Positions 22,901 to 37,028 of a stretch of DNA of 64,000 nt are shown here, in pieces. A program made the position numbers and the translations under genes. Within the stretch, counting starts at the first letter, position 1, and each line of letters starts with the position of its first letter. Source of the DNA: Haplodiscus bocki (Eukaryota); contig OZ296658.1 in NCBI GenBank assembly GCA_965655095.1, forward strand, positions 37,944,001 to 38,008,000, read 5' to 3'. Under the pieces are notes generated by a model. The model did not search any database, had not been told where the DNA came from, and worked only from the letters and a program-made list of their open reading frames with translations.

Positions 22901-25900
22901 CGACTTGTGAAATTAACTACCACGCCAAAAAAAACATAATTTGACGTCTAGATAATAGGCGAAAAGTTACTCGAAAAGTAACACCAAAATGGCAATTCAG
23001 CGCACAAAAAAGTTCACCGACTGAGTTGACTAAGATCTTCTTTTCATAATTTTAATTTTAATACGACGGAACATAATAAACATTTTTTTTTAACTATTTA
23101 CCAATTTCATCGGATCCCTTTCCCCTGACAACCACAAACCCTCTTTTGAACTTAACAGATTCGTGTTTGTTGGAGGCCAGGTGCATGATGTCACTCTGCA
23201 CTTGTTTCTCTACGGCCAGGTCAGGTTTGGTCAGCACGCACATGGTCCGGTCAAAGTTCGGGTCAACGTTCCTGGCCATTTGGATAGCCTGGGTGGTTGT
23301 GATGTCACCGGTGCAGGGGAACACGACCACAATCACAGTGCTGGGCTTCTCAATCCATTTCTGGATCATGCCCTTGATTTCTTTAGTCAAACCTTTGTCT
23401 GTGTAATTGAGACCTGGAAAATTTTCAAATCGCTGATGCAAAGAAAAAAAAGGCTATAAAAATGTTGAAAAACAGAAGTAATTCAACTAATTGTTTCAAA
23501 ATTGTGGCTTCTGAGAAAAAAATGCGTCCTCAAAACTCACAGCCAGCAATTTTTTTGAAGAATTCGGACTACACGTGGATCTCCTTTCGGCCTAAAGAAA
23601 TCGAAAGACAAGTAGATTAGATGATAGTGCCAATAATGGTTTTCATCGTTATTTCTTGCTTTTTGTGAGGAATTTGAAATTTCCTGAATATCTTTCTGCT
23701 TGTTTATTTCTAGAGAGCTATATTTTGTTTTCATTGAAAACCTTTTCAAAAATCCATAGTTGAAGTATACAGTGCTATTAAAATTGTTTTGAGATAATAA
23801 GGACGTTCAATCTGAAACTGCACTCATCCTTCTGGAAGAATGTTGGAAAAGTTTCTAGCAGTAGTAAAAAAAGATGCATTCTCTTTGAGTAGACTTTGGA
23901 CTCACCAGGCAAGTCAACTATTGCCAAATTAGGGAGCGATGGGCCGCAGACCTTGAGCTGGATGGCATCTGAACAGACCTCTTCGCCCTCTCTCACCATT
24001 CTCTCCTGAGCCGCCCTCAGGTAGTTCTGCACCTCCTCCGGTTTCAAATCTGTGTAAGACTTCTCATCTCCTCGGCCAGTTCTGAAAAGATGGTTGTAAG
24101 TCGGCACTTTTCAAAAGAAAAAGTCCTCGACTATTACAGTGACTTTTATTAAATTTTTGAATTTTTTCAAGTCTATGTATATCGACGAAATTTTACAAAA
24201 GTTCTACACTGGTTACTCAAAGCGATTGGTACTCTAGAAAGCACCGGTGTTCTAAAGGGTAGGACAAAAAGGTTCTTAAGCCACAGATACGGGTTGGAGA
24301 ATAGATAATTCTATTATTTTCGGGAAAAACGTTTATTTCTGGGTGTTTTTTGTATTTCTATGGTTCTGCCACACTCTGATTTTTCTCCTATACCGGCCCG
24401 TTAGTCTAGAGGGTAAAGCAAAAGATTTTTAAGCTATGGATAGGGGTTCGAGACTAGGTAAGTCTTCTTTTTTGAAAAAAAATGTCTAATTTGTTTTCAA
24501 CCCCCCCCCCCCCCCCCAAATAATTAAAAAGGGATTTCCTATGAATATTTCGAGCCGCACGGGTGGAGCCGACATGGGCCGTTCTCGACTTGCTTCAATT
24601 TTATTCCAACATAATGTCCTCATGTTCAACTGTAAACGAAGAAAAGATGAAAAAAAGATTTCATAATCACAAAAATTGCCAAAACTAGTTTTTTTTTGAC
24701 ACTGCAGTCTTTTCTTGAAAGCAACGTCGGAAAATTTCGTTGGTTTTGCGTTCAAACTGATGCAAGTCAAAATTTCTCTACTTGGTGAAAAATACATTTC
24801 TCGCAAGATTCTTGAAAAATAACCCGGGTTGGAAAAAGCACGAGCACCATGCCATCATCATACCATGATCTTGTTCTTTTTGGATAATTTGGTCATGATA
24901 ATGCAATATTGACGACATGATCACCTTATTTTTCAAGTTATTTTAAGATTAAAAGATAACAGTTTAATGTCATAGTATTGTAAGTTTTTGGTTGAAATGG
25001 TACACCTTTTAAGGCATACTTGGCTGGATTCAGAGGCAACTACGCCTACAAACAATGGAGTCTTCAAATTTGAACGAAGATAAGAAAGATGTAGATATAG
25101 TCATTTTATATGAGTACTACGAGCTGCAAAATTAAAAAAAGCTCCGATATGATGTATAAAGTAGGGCTTTTGCTTGTACGACAATTCGGACAAAGACAAA
25201 TTCTGACCGAAAACTAGATTCGGACCAAAGACAAATTCGGACCGAGTTTTGAAATTCGTCCCAAATTATTTCGCTAATTAACCTATAGGTTAATTAACCT
25301 ATAGGTAAAAAACCTATAAGACCGATTTTGGCTGTTCTCTGTTTGTTGCTTCAAAATTTATTCTAGAGTTTTAGCTTTTGGGATATTTACTGCGATATCT
25401 ACCGCCTCAAAAGAACAAAGTTAATGCCGCCCGGTTAAATTATATCAGAACTGTTTGCAAAATTGGTACACTTTCACAAAATAAATTGAGTTAAGCTTTC
25501 ATATGCTATTTAAGTAATTATAATTATTTAAATAGCATATGAAAGCTTAACTCAATTTATTTTGTGAAAATGTACCAATTTTGCAAACAGTTCTGATATA
25601 ATTAAACCGGGCGGCATTAACTTTGTTCTTTTGAGGTGGTAGATATCGCAGTAAATATCCCAAAAGCTAAAACTCTGGAATAAATTTTGAAGCAACAGAG
25701 AACGGCCAAAATCGGTCCCACCCGTAAGTCTCAAAACATTCGTGGGGGATTTTTTGTGTTATATAAAGTTTTTCTGAGGAGTTTTTTTCGAAATTGCCGA
25801 AGGGGGTATGCCGATCTTGGGGATTAGTATTTTCCGCCTACAGTTCAACATGGAAGAAAAATATTTAACTGGCCACATGCGTTCTTTTACGTAAACTTAC

Positions 25901-28900
25901 CAACTGCACGGTTCAAGCAAATTTTGATATTTATGAAGTTTTTTCTCTATGTAGTAAGAAGTAAAAAAAATTTTTGCAGAATTCACTTTGCTTTCTAAAA
26001 CGCACTTCTAACGAAGTCGCTGTCTTTAATGCATTTTGATAAAATTGGATAAGTTTAATTTTTACCGTATGTCTCACGGCAAAACGAAGTGCCAAAGTTT
26101 TGAAAGTTACAAGATCAAAGCACCCGTGTTATAATTTGGTTCGTTTTGTTCCTACAGTTTGTTTAATTGGCGATAATTACTACGATGAGCGACATATTTT
26201 AAAGATTTTAAACACGGTGCTAATTACCACTAATTAGAAATAAATAAAATTTTGGGTCAAATTTGTTTTGGTCAGAATCTGTCTCTGGTCCAAATATGGT
26301 ATTTATTCTGAATTGTTGCATCACCGAGCTTTTGGTCATTTTTTAAAACTTCGGTTTTGGTAAGATAATCCGTTTTAATAAATCTCTTTCGGAAAGAAGA
26401 CGACTATGGTAAAATTTTATCATATTCCATGACAACTAAGACAAAACGCCATGAAATAGCCTTGATAATGTCTTGGTTAGTATGGAACGCCATGTTCACA
26501 CTATGATGTAGCATGATCGTCATGTTTCGCAATAGCTGTAACCTGGCAATTATTCCAGAATCTTGCAAAACATGGCGAAATCTCATGAATGTATTCCTCG
26601 CTGTATTCTTCCAAAAATAGAGATTTTGCAAGATTCTTGTAAATATGCGGCAAAAAATTTAAAGCCTGAAAAATCATCCAATACATGTTTTGATGTGCAA
26701 GAATCCCACCAAATTTGGATTGTGGAAGAATTTTTTGGAAGACTTTGACGAAAAGTAAATTTCTGGTAAAATATGCAAACTTTCTGCCAGATTAGCATTG
26801 TTGCAGAAATCGTGCAAGAGCCTTGCAAGATCCGCATTCTTTTGAATATTTTGAATTGAAACTTCTGCGTTTTTTTAGACTATTGTCTTTTAAAACATAA
26901 AGTTAATCGTCCAAAGCATTCTTGCTATTTGTTTTTTTTATTTTCCATCTCCAAAAATTATATGGAAAGGAAAATTATTCAATGGCTAGTGTCGTTTTTC
27001 TTAATTTTCACTTTCATTAGACAATTTATCACCAATCTAGAAGTCTGTCTAACTCCTGATGAGAAATTGTTCACTCGTAATAAGTTTCTTCAATTCTTGT
27101 TAGAAGACTACTAATCGCGTTGGTCACAATTTTAATCAAAAGTGCCACAAGCAATTTATTGTTTTGAGGGCTCCGAGTGAAATGAGAATAATACCCTTAT
27201 GTCGAAGTTTTTTTTTCTTGAGTTTTTCCATTTTTCCCTGAAATTTTTGATACTGACGGAAGTTTTTCTGAAAAGAACCAATAACTTAGCCCTCTGGTAA
27301 TGAGCGAATATTTTTTGGTGCTTCTGCTCAAGAAGACTCAAGATTACCTATCTGCCAAAAACTTAGCGAATTTTTTTATTCGAAGTGATTCTTTTCCGCA
27401 ATTAACGTGAAAAGTCGGAAGCTTTTATTACTAAATGGGTAATTGAGCGTCTCTAGTACTTCTGTGTTCTACTCTCAGCCCTGTAAACTGCTTGAATGGG
27501 CCTGAATTATTGCCTATTGTTTGTGAACATAATCGGAAGTAACAAAGAGTTTAGACAACCAGAAGTTTGTCCGAAACTTGATTCTTAATCGGAAACTCGA
27601 GTTTATACGCAAAACTTATCTTCATAGCCTGTGCAGCTCCAATAATTGAGTCTCGTCGAAATATGTTTTTTTGAAACGCACTCCTTTCTTTTGCTAGAAG
27701 TACACCTCTGCAAAAACATAGAGTCGCAGTAAGAGTAAAAAGGCATGTTAGTAGAGAGCTGTTCTTTTGTGTGGAGCATCATGTAACGCAAAAAAATTCT
27801 GACAGTAGAAATTTTGCGCGAAATATTTTTGAGAATATTTTCTTTTCGCCCAAAGCCAATATTGTTCAAGTGTCATCATCTCGGCAGATATTACTTCCGC
27901 TCGTTTTGAGTTGAACTTTAAGCTAATCAATCGATTGGGCTTGCTGTTTAGGAAAGAATAACTGTATATTGTTTTTCCCAGATGGCAACTTTCCTTCCAT
28001 AACTTCTTGAAGCTAGAATTCGACGGCTGGGGATCGAGTTTCATCTGAGAAGTGTTTGAAAAGTTTTTGATTTACTTAGTTCGTTCACTCGAAACCCAGG
28101 CGCAACGTTTGTTACGCCTGTGTTTCTTAAAACTCATTTTCCGCTCTAACTTCATATATGGAAGGCAAATCATTAGCTCAACGGTCAGGTTTTCTTAAAC
28201 ATGTACATTGCTAATTGCACAATAAAACAAAAAACCACGCTGAAAATGTTTATTAGGTCAGTTTTAGTCGAAAGTTGCCGTAGAATGCGTTTAATAAGGG
28301 ATTCTTTCTCGAAAGATACTTTATTTGCGAAAACTTGAATTTTTTGAAAAAAAAATTTAAAAAATCAAAAATTTTGAGTTTTGAGGCAATTTTGCCTATT
28401 TTGTGACATCTTTTCGTTCGAACTACGGCTTTTCAACGTTTTTCCTTCATTTGGAAAGCAGAAAATATCCCAGACTTAGCGGTGTGTCTTCTTATTAATT
28501 CCAGTACGGAATGAATAGGTTGTTTTTGATCAATGAAACGAAAAGTTCATCATTTTTTAAAAAAAACCAATTGAAATACGTCTGGATTGGTGTCAGAACA
28601 AAATACCCAGACCTAAAGTTCCCGGAGTCTCAAAATGCTCAGGCTTAAAACAGCCGAGCCCAAAATACCCGGTCTAGATTGAATAAAACAGCCTACATTG
28701 AAATTTATCAAAATAATTAGCAGCGTCGTGACTTATTAATTACGTAATTGCCAGCGATGTTCTACATTTCGAATATATCAACTCAACGACACAGAATGTT
28801 TTTTTTGGAGGCAAAAAGCTATAAAAAAAGTGGAAACGCACAAATGTCATAGAAACAAAAAATTGTTTGATCTTTCAGTACATTACTACATTTGTTAACA

Positions 28901-30217
28901 TTTTTGAACAAAATTGCTTGGAACTTTGAATTTGAATTGCGCGTATGTTCGTGTTTTTTTCTTGATGGCCTATAATTTTTTTGCAGTTTCATTGAGAGGA
29001 GTAATAATAATTAGCATCATAGTCAGAGTTTAAATCAGGTAATTATACAGTTTTCAATAATTTCGGATATTTTTTTGTCATTAAGCTCCTGTTAATTATT
29101 TAATTAGTATGGTAAATTCAATCTTGGAGATTTTGGGCTTGGGTAATTTGGGTTTGAGTATTTTGGGGTGGAATCTGCTGAATGGATCTCCTGTAAGCTT
29201 TGTCATTAGTTTTTCCACGAAAATACAGCTAGTTAATTCATCTTGAAAATGAACTTTGATCTTAAATGGAAAAAGATCTTTTGGAACATTAGATGTTATA
29301 GTCCATACTGCATAGCGGCAGTTTATGATTTTCTATACTAACGTGTAACTGATGTCAATTTGCGAGTAGGCACTTTTGCGCATTGTTATGTGAATGGGAC
29401 ATCTTGTGGCCATTTTGTTGTCTCTGGGTAGAGTTATTTGACTGAGAAGTTCCAGAACTGTGGATTTTCCTGCGCCCTGGTCTCCAATGACCACAATTGC
29501 GGGAACCTCCAATTGATCAGCCAACTTGACTTCTGCCAAAACTTCCTGTGAAAAAGACAAGAGGCAAATGACATAGCCAATAGAAGTTGAACAACTGTAT
29601 AAAAAAGTATGCTCTAATATATATACTATTATAGCCCTGGTTGAGACGAGGTCAAAGCATGCATTATGGTATTGGAAAACAATAAAAATATATAGCCGTT
29701 GCTGAATTCAGGAACTAGCGTAATTTTTGCCGGGGTTTCTGAAGTTTTGAGTCTCATAATTTTTCGTAAGCTAATTCTTAAATATTATAAATTATTATGA
29801 AGCTACACTTCATCATGGAATACGTCTACATATTTTTTCAAAAGTTTTGTACCAATTGCTACGGTATACTCTAACTGCGTCTGCGATGATCAATCCAAGA
29901 GGGCTGGACAAGATATCTTTATCGGAAAAAAATGAAAAATATCAAATTTGCTATCAAAACTAAGATCTAACTTGAAGGTCCAGGTAGTTTTTCAGTTCGC
30001 CATCCATCACGTTCAATTCCGGGCCGTCGTTCCGGGGACCATCTGGCCGGGAACTATCGGTTCCAGAGTTGCGTTTCTTCTTCTTTCGACCCTTCTGGGA
30101 CCCGGTGGAACCCATTTTCACCGACAACCCATCGAAAGAAGAACCATCGGTACTATCAGTTTCATCCTCTGATTCGCCGATCAGATTCACTCTAGACTGA
30201 GACTTTTTATTAGCCAT
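16922..30217 (-). CDS. Mx: Mx-like dynamin-family GTPase, 9 coding exons, ~792 aa, apparently intact
   Basis: Exons 29972-30217, 29343-29545, 23906-24081, 23102-23413, 22181-22522, 21131-21685, 18277-18466, 17726-17930, 16922-17071; phases all compatible (2379 nt). G1 GDQGAGKS, LPRDNKMATRCP, DLPG, TKPD (Mx-type), stalk HRGPEPRGF, GED DTIPKII...EDP..AASR; AATAAA ~115 nt downstream. Exon 5 donor and exon 7 acceptor each have an in-frame alternative. Confidence 0.88.
17183..17664 (+). mobile_element. Non-autonomous Helitron-like repeat copy (Mx intron 8)
   Basis: cactcaacgcgtgcgttttt start motif and ggcggaaatatcccgg...cgtctttgtt end. Confidence 0.55.
20701..21098 (+). mobile_element. Non-autonomous Helitron-like repeat copy (Mx intron 6)
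   Basis: tatggaaggaaaa, aaaatcggtaaaggtggcaaatttgctgtagaatgc, cccggtggtagccggg end hairpin. Confidence 0.6.
22857..22927 (-). other. Degenerate tRNA-derived (SINE-like) sequence
   Basis: Minus strand tggcgtggtagt...ggttcgatccccactaccgcca: A/B-box-like motifs, no convincing cloverleaf. Confidence 0.35.
25320..25717. repeat. ~400-bp spacerless palindrome (foldback) in Mx intron 2
   Basis: Arms ~200 bp, centre taatta|taatta at 25520/25521, a few substitutions and one 4-bp indel. Confidence 0.97.
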
Positions 30218-32520
30218 ATTATTTTTTAAGCAAAACAATCACTGTTAGCTTCGACGTCTGGGAGATTCAGAGGTTTTTCTGAGAGTAGTTAATGTTATTT
30301 GGTAGTTTTAATCAAGTTGCAATTTCTCGAACAGGGTGGGTCTTGTTTCTGGAGTTATTCGAGTTTCAAATGTTTTTTGGCTTTCTCTTTGTTTAAAGAG
30401 TACTTTCGTTATGTTAACATAGACTTTCATATTAACCGGCTAGTTGATAATGAATCACTACCAGCATCAAGTGTTTGCTCTCAAACTTTACTTCCAATAA
30501 AACAATCCAAAGTAATTAAACATTTTTCTGCTAAGTTGAACAAAGTATTCAATGAGTGTTTGCTCATAACGAGGATAATCGCAATCTTTGTGACTGAGTT
30601 TCAACACGAGATGCTTGAAATTTGCCTTTCACGAGCTTCGCGACTGCTCGTTCGGTGACGTTTCAACTAGAAGACTGCTCATTAAACCGCTCGTTCAGTG
30701 AGCCGAATTTAGATTGCTCCTCTAATATTATGGACTCAGAAGCGATGTTCGGTTATGTAACCTTTATGAAAGATAAGCGGAAGTTAGACATGCGCAATGT
30801 AAATTTCGTCAAATTTCACAGTCGGTTAATCGAGTCGCTCACGTCATTATGTTAACATAATTTGTTCAGCAGGAATTTTGCCCAGACCCAAGATTCTTGC
30901 ATTCAAAATTTATGATATTCACACAACCGTCGTAAAACTGAACTTGATAATGAAATTGCGTCATGTCATATCTCAAGTTCAGATTCCCTCGAATGTGCAC
31001 TATGACGAAATCTGTGCAGATTTACAACACAGAGCACTAATTCGAAGTAGTCTAGATTATAATATAAACATTTGCAGTAGAAATAATATTTAAAAAAATA
31101 TAAAAACACAGTTAGTGATGGCTTAACCATGGATTCATCAGGGTTCTTTAAACTTCATTTCATGAGTCAGTTCATTATATTTTAACGATGACCTTGGTTT
31201 TTTTATCTGCAGTTCTTTGGATCTCGTTTAACTTGCCGAGGGTTTTCTTGAGTTTTGAAAATTTTTAGCAAGATTTTGGCGTAATTTCTTCACGAGGTTT
31301 CCTACGGTCGTGACCAGGTGAACAAAAAGCGAATCCTACAATTGAATATTTTTTGTTGCAGAGAATGAAAACTATGATGTTTAGAAATAAAATTTAACAT
31401 TAGTCATCGAAATTAGTTTTTCCGATTTCAGCCACAATTTTGTTTGAAATCAGACCGTGGTGACAACACAGCAAGAGGTACTCTTCCCTGGAAATAGACA
31501 AATAATTGATTTTTATTGCTCGAATTTTCATGACTGTCGAAAACAATTTGATTCTAATGAAAGAAATCAGAAAAATGTTTGGGCTCGGAATACATAATTA
31601 GGATCGTAAATACTTACCTTATCACTACGTGGTAGGCAAATTTCTGCCTCCACTACTTTCTTTCTGGGGGAACGTCCTCGGGTAGACTTCGTTCTCTCAT
31701 GTCGGCTTAAATGAACTCCATCTAACGGTGATATGGATTACGTTCGTCTGAAAACGGAAAGTGAAATTGTTGAAAAGATTCTGCATTAAAACATTTCGTC
31801 AAGCTAAACCTTTGCTGAAGAACTCCAGACTCTGGATGTTGATAAAAAGAGTTTGATTTCTTGGAAAAATCATTAGCCATTGCATTCTATGCTCATTTGC
31901 TACCTAATAAGTGTCCATTGGAAAATGCGTTTTACAGAAGCTAATTCTCTTTGTGTATAGTACGTTTCAATGAGATTACTAAGCAACGTTTCCGAAAGGC
32001 CCTCCAATACGTACCAAAACCATTTGTGAAGGAATTTTGCAAAAATTCAAAAAAACCTCCTTCCGAAAAGCAAAAAATGAAAGTTCCATATTACCTCCAG
32101 TCAATATAATCACCGAAGAAGGGAATGAACTTAATTTTTTTCGATGCCCTTCGCATATAACAAAAGTGTTTAAATTAATCACCTTTTCAAGCACTATTTA
32201 TTTGTATCAAGGAGCCTTTCTATTGAATCGTCGGCACTCTGGGCGAACGTTTTAAGAGAAAAAAACTGATTTTACCATTTATGTGAGGAAAGCCACAATT
32301 TCTTAAAATCGAAGGCCCCTCATGAATTTGTTGGACGTTACGGATGGCACCCAATTGCGCCGACACCGGCTTGTCATATATTGCTGCGTTAACGGTGCCG
32401 TACTTAGAGATGACTGAAATCAGAATCAGGCTAATGTTCGGATTTTTTTTTAAACACTAGCTTGTTTCTGATTTTAGAAATCTCTGTTTTTGGGCCTTAT
32501 TACTTTCCACCCATATTTAT

Positions 32521-32987
32521 AATAGGAAATGAAAATTACCCACTCAACGCGTACGTTTTTTTACGTTTAATTGCCGATTGTCGGAGCAGAATGCCCGAAG
32601 AACGATTCGGAATTTTAGTTTTTTTATCACCTAATTCAAGCAAAATTGCCACAGAATGCGATTGAAGTAGTTAAATTTTTCTTTTCAAATACGTACAAAA
32701 GTTGGCTGTTTGAAAAATAGTTGGATTTTTATTGAAAAAAAAGCCTGATTTTTCCCAAAATCGGTAAAGGTGGCAAATTTGCAGTAGAATGCTTATCAAC
32801 TGATATTTTTTCTCAAAACGGTCTTTTCCACCTTAAAAGTGAGGGTTTTCCAAAAAATTGGAAAATTTTGAAATTCCAAAATTTAATGAAGTGTTTTTTG
32901 AAACAAAAACGCTTACATCGCTTTAAAGGGCATCTTTAACAGAATTGGTAGGCGGAAATTATGCCGGTGGTATTCGGCCGTCTTGTT
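32521..32987 (+). mobile_element. Non-autonomous Helitron-like repeat copy
   Basis: Same start, core and gccggtggtattcggccgtcttgtt end as other copies (more at ~18730-19010, ~28155-28490, ~40113-40500 minus). Confidence 0.6.
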
Positions 32988-35900
32988 ATATATGACGTAA
33001 CATGGTTATAGCCATGCCATGCATTCTTCCAAAATCAGTGCGTCACGGTAACAGAAAGGCCTTTAAAAAAAACAAAAAAACCTGAATCTTTAAGTAGTAA
33101 TGTACATTTTACAACAACGTGCAACGTTAACGCTACCACAAAATTGTTACAAAAGTTCCAATTGATTGTCGCGTCAACGCTTTCAGGTAGAGGAGCTAAG
33201 AATATTCTAATCAAAGGAATTTAGTTTGATGAATAAACCTAAGGAACAGCGTCGCCTATTATATGTTCTGTTAGGTTCAAAATGTTTTATGTCTCCAACA
33301 TTTTATTTCAAAATCTATCCTCTTTGCCCCACTTTCAACGTTTCTTTTTGATTAGGAATCAAGCAACATGGTTCTCCAGTGTTTGTTCGTTATTTTTTTT
33401 TCGTTTTTGGATTCTAGAGCCATCTTAGCAGCCATGAAAATGAAATATTTGCAATAAGATGATCAGCGAAAAAATATAACATAAATATGGAAGAAAGTAT
33501 TACTTTCAATTTGATGTTTACTAGAAGAAAACAGAATTCTCACATTCCTTGCCAGTATTTTTGTATACTTTGGCAACATTAGGAAAACAAAAACAAAAGG
33601 AAAAATGTATATGAATTGCGCAGATGATTTTTGTATGTATTGCGAAGGCTCAAAACATTCATAATTGGTGTTATAACCTGAGGTAACCGGATATGAGCTA
33701 CAAAATTGAAGATGGGGACTTTTCCTCAAAGGCCGGCTACAGTGACGACTTTCGCCCAGCGACAGTGTCCAGTCTGATGAGTGCAACCAGCCTAACTCAA
33801 ATTATACCCAAAGAAGTTTGTAAATTTATATACTGTTTTAATGACTCTTTATCGAACTAAGTAGAACACTTGGGAGACGGGCAGAATCATCCCGAGGGTA
33901 CATATTATTAATTATTTGAATTTCAACCAGAAAAGCAAAATGCGGCCATTTCAAGATAGACCTTTCGAATAACCAAATTATTTTATATACTCTGCTGGAC
34001 GGTAGACTTTCAAAGTGTTAGAGCAGTCAGGGTTAAAGCGTTGAAGAGAGGCAGGGTTGATTGATAGATTGAATGAAGAACTATTGTCAGGTTTCACTTT
34101 TGGGTCAATGTTTTTGCATGATAATCTCGTATTCAATACGATCATTTTTTCTGACACTTTTGACGTCTTTCTTTGGAATCACTCGTTGAAATTGAGGAGG
34201 TCTGCTACTACATTTTACATTTGACAAAAAGGGATGCTTGAAAGAGCGATTGAAGTAGTCTACAATAAGATGAATAGAAATCAAATATTCATTAATTTTT
34301 GGAAAAATTGTCGCAGTATATCAAATTGGGAATTTTTGCAACAGTTCGAAAACCCCTACAATTCATTATTGTTTTTGTAAAACTACAATGAAGGGAGGGG
34401 AGGGGCGTTTTTTTAAATGATTCACAAACATCAATGCCGTTTTTCTCAATTAGAACGATGCTTTTCGAGCATCTCTTCCTTTCGAACATCTCCTCTTCTA
34501 CTGTGTACCCTCAAATCTAGACACAATTTTCCTCGGGTTATAACTAAATGGTCGGATACCTGAATTTTTAGTTGAATGTCTGACGAATATCGCATGAAAG
34601 TTTTTAATTAAATGAAGGAATTTAATTAAGTGAACTTCTGAGGAAAAATTAAAGGCTAGGAGATTTTCAAGAAAATTATCGGAACAAAAATTTATTAGAT
34701 TTTTGATAACATTACAAAAGTTTTTGTTTATTGAAAATTAGTTTATTCAAAATTAAATGACCACCATTTATGATCATTTTCACCATTTTTTCAATTTTAC
34801 CATTTTTTCAATTTTTAAATCAACTTTTATTTCCGTTATTTTCTGGTTGATTAGGTGTGCCACCACGAGGGCTTCGTATTGAATGTTTGTTGGAATATTT
34901 TTCCGTTTTGGAAAATTCAAAGTTTTCAGGTGCCAAAATGCAATTTACTTGTATGTAGAGATATAGTGTTTTTACTCCGCTTTATAGGCGTGCACCTTTT
35001 ATGTTATGATTTTTCAAAAAAATCGTTAGAATCAAATGTTTTAGGCCAGATTAAAGGCTAGAAATTTGCATCGGGATCTTTTTCCGTATCTTTCGTAGGT
35101 GATAAGATTTTCGAGAGAAACCTCAGATTTGGCGAAAATGGCTAAAATCAGGGTGCTCATACCGTTTTACCGAGTGGTTCAATTTTTTTAAGAAAAGAAC
35201 TGCTACAATCTCATGAAGAATCAAAAAATATTTTGATCTTGCTGGTTTTTCGTAAATTTGACATGCTGTCAGAAATTGGGCAACAAAAGTGCTTATATTT
35301 TGCTCACGAGTTCACTCAATTAAAATCAGTGCTGTACATGTATTTCAAAAGTTGTCACGGCTGCCTTAAATGATTGTTCATGTTTCCGAGAGTGCATAAA
35401 TAATATGAGGTTTTTCGCTTGTCCAATGTTTCGATCGCAACTATTTCACGCTTTTTAGTAACATTTTTTAATCAGTGACCTGTTGATAATTTTTAGTATA
35501 ATCTATTTGTTCAAAAGTGACGGCGAGTCGCCGAGTCGTTTATTATCAACTCAATTCATCTAATTCTACTGAAAATTGCAATAAAATTGGAAAGATGTCT
35601 GCTGCATGTGAAATAATTTCAGCCTGCATCTTAAAATTTGGAAAATATCAATGACTTGTTTTCATGCAAAATTTACATGTAACTCATAGAAGCCCGCCAA
35701 TTTTTGCAAAATTCATTATAAAAACTGCTGAAATATCAACACAACAGGCAAAGTTTAAGCATAGAAAACTTTATATTAATCATTTAAAATCATACAAGAA
35801 CTTCATGCAACGTTCGCTGGGGAAGGCAACCTAGGTGACGACTTTTTTCACTCGGCATAATCTTTGATTAAAAGATAACACAAGAGGCGCAGCGGCGCTG

Positions 35901-37028
35901 CGATACTTTCTGTCAACACTGGCTCAGAAATGGCTCAAAAATGAAAATTCTGAAAACTTTAAGCGAAACATAGGCTTCCCAGGGTACGGGGTGGCTCGCT
36001 TTTGGCTCATTAAGTACAATTTTACACAAAACTGATTTCTTAGTGTGCAAAGGAACATTTTTTGGGAAAAGGTTTTTTTTGAAAATTTCGCAGTTGACGC
36101 AGACAGAATTTACAAACGAAGGGATAAAAGTGTCTACATACTGAGGGAAAATACCAAGGTGAACGGTAACAGTTCAATATTCTCCGCGAAGAGGACAGTT
36201 TGGAGAAATTCTACAAACACAAATTTACGAAATTGGAACTTTTAATACAGGTCCAGATTTTGCTGCTCTTTTCCAGCAGCATTTCACACCACATTCAAAA
36301 TCAACCGGCACTTCGACAACCAGATCTGAGCACTGGCTACCTTGTCAGTGTATAAGTTAATGAGAACCTTCTAGTTAACTACCGTTGTGTTTTCCTACCT
36401 TGAAATTGAAAAACAAACCGGAATAATGGACTTCGAAGACTTTTTTTGTGAAGTAGAATAGAAACAGCTCTTAGTGAAAATTAGCAGTGTGATAGATTAC
36501 GATTCCGTTTCAATGTTATGAGAACACTTGGGTGTACCAAGTTGATACAAGCCAAGTTATATTTTTTTCATCTGCATGAGTACGTGTAAAAATGAATTAT
36601 AATTCCGTAATAACCAATTTTCAAATGTTTTTAAACAGATGACTATTGGATGCTATTTTTCAAACCTCGCATGCGGTCGTTTATCTCAAAAGCGGTTTTT
36701 ATCAGTACCTCCAGACCATCCAGTTATATCGTCTGCTTTGAATGATTTTAAAACAAGACACCGGCTACCACAGGGATATTTTCCGCCCTTCAACTTTTTT
36801 AAAATGCGTTTTTGGGAAAAATTACCCGTCTATATGCGTTCTATATCACACTGGCTACCCAGGTTGACCACCCAGGGATGACACAGGACAATATTAGTAA
36901 GACAGGGATGGGGTACAGGGGAATCAAGGATGATAGTACGGGCCCAGGGATGCACCCATGGGGTTCACTAAGATATCCCTGGGCCTAGCCTGGGACCGTA
37001 GTGCGTACACATTACATAATTGGGTAAT

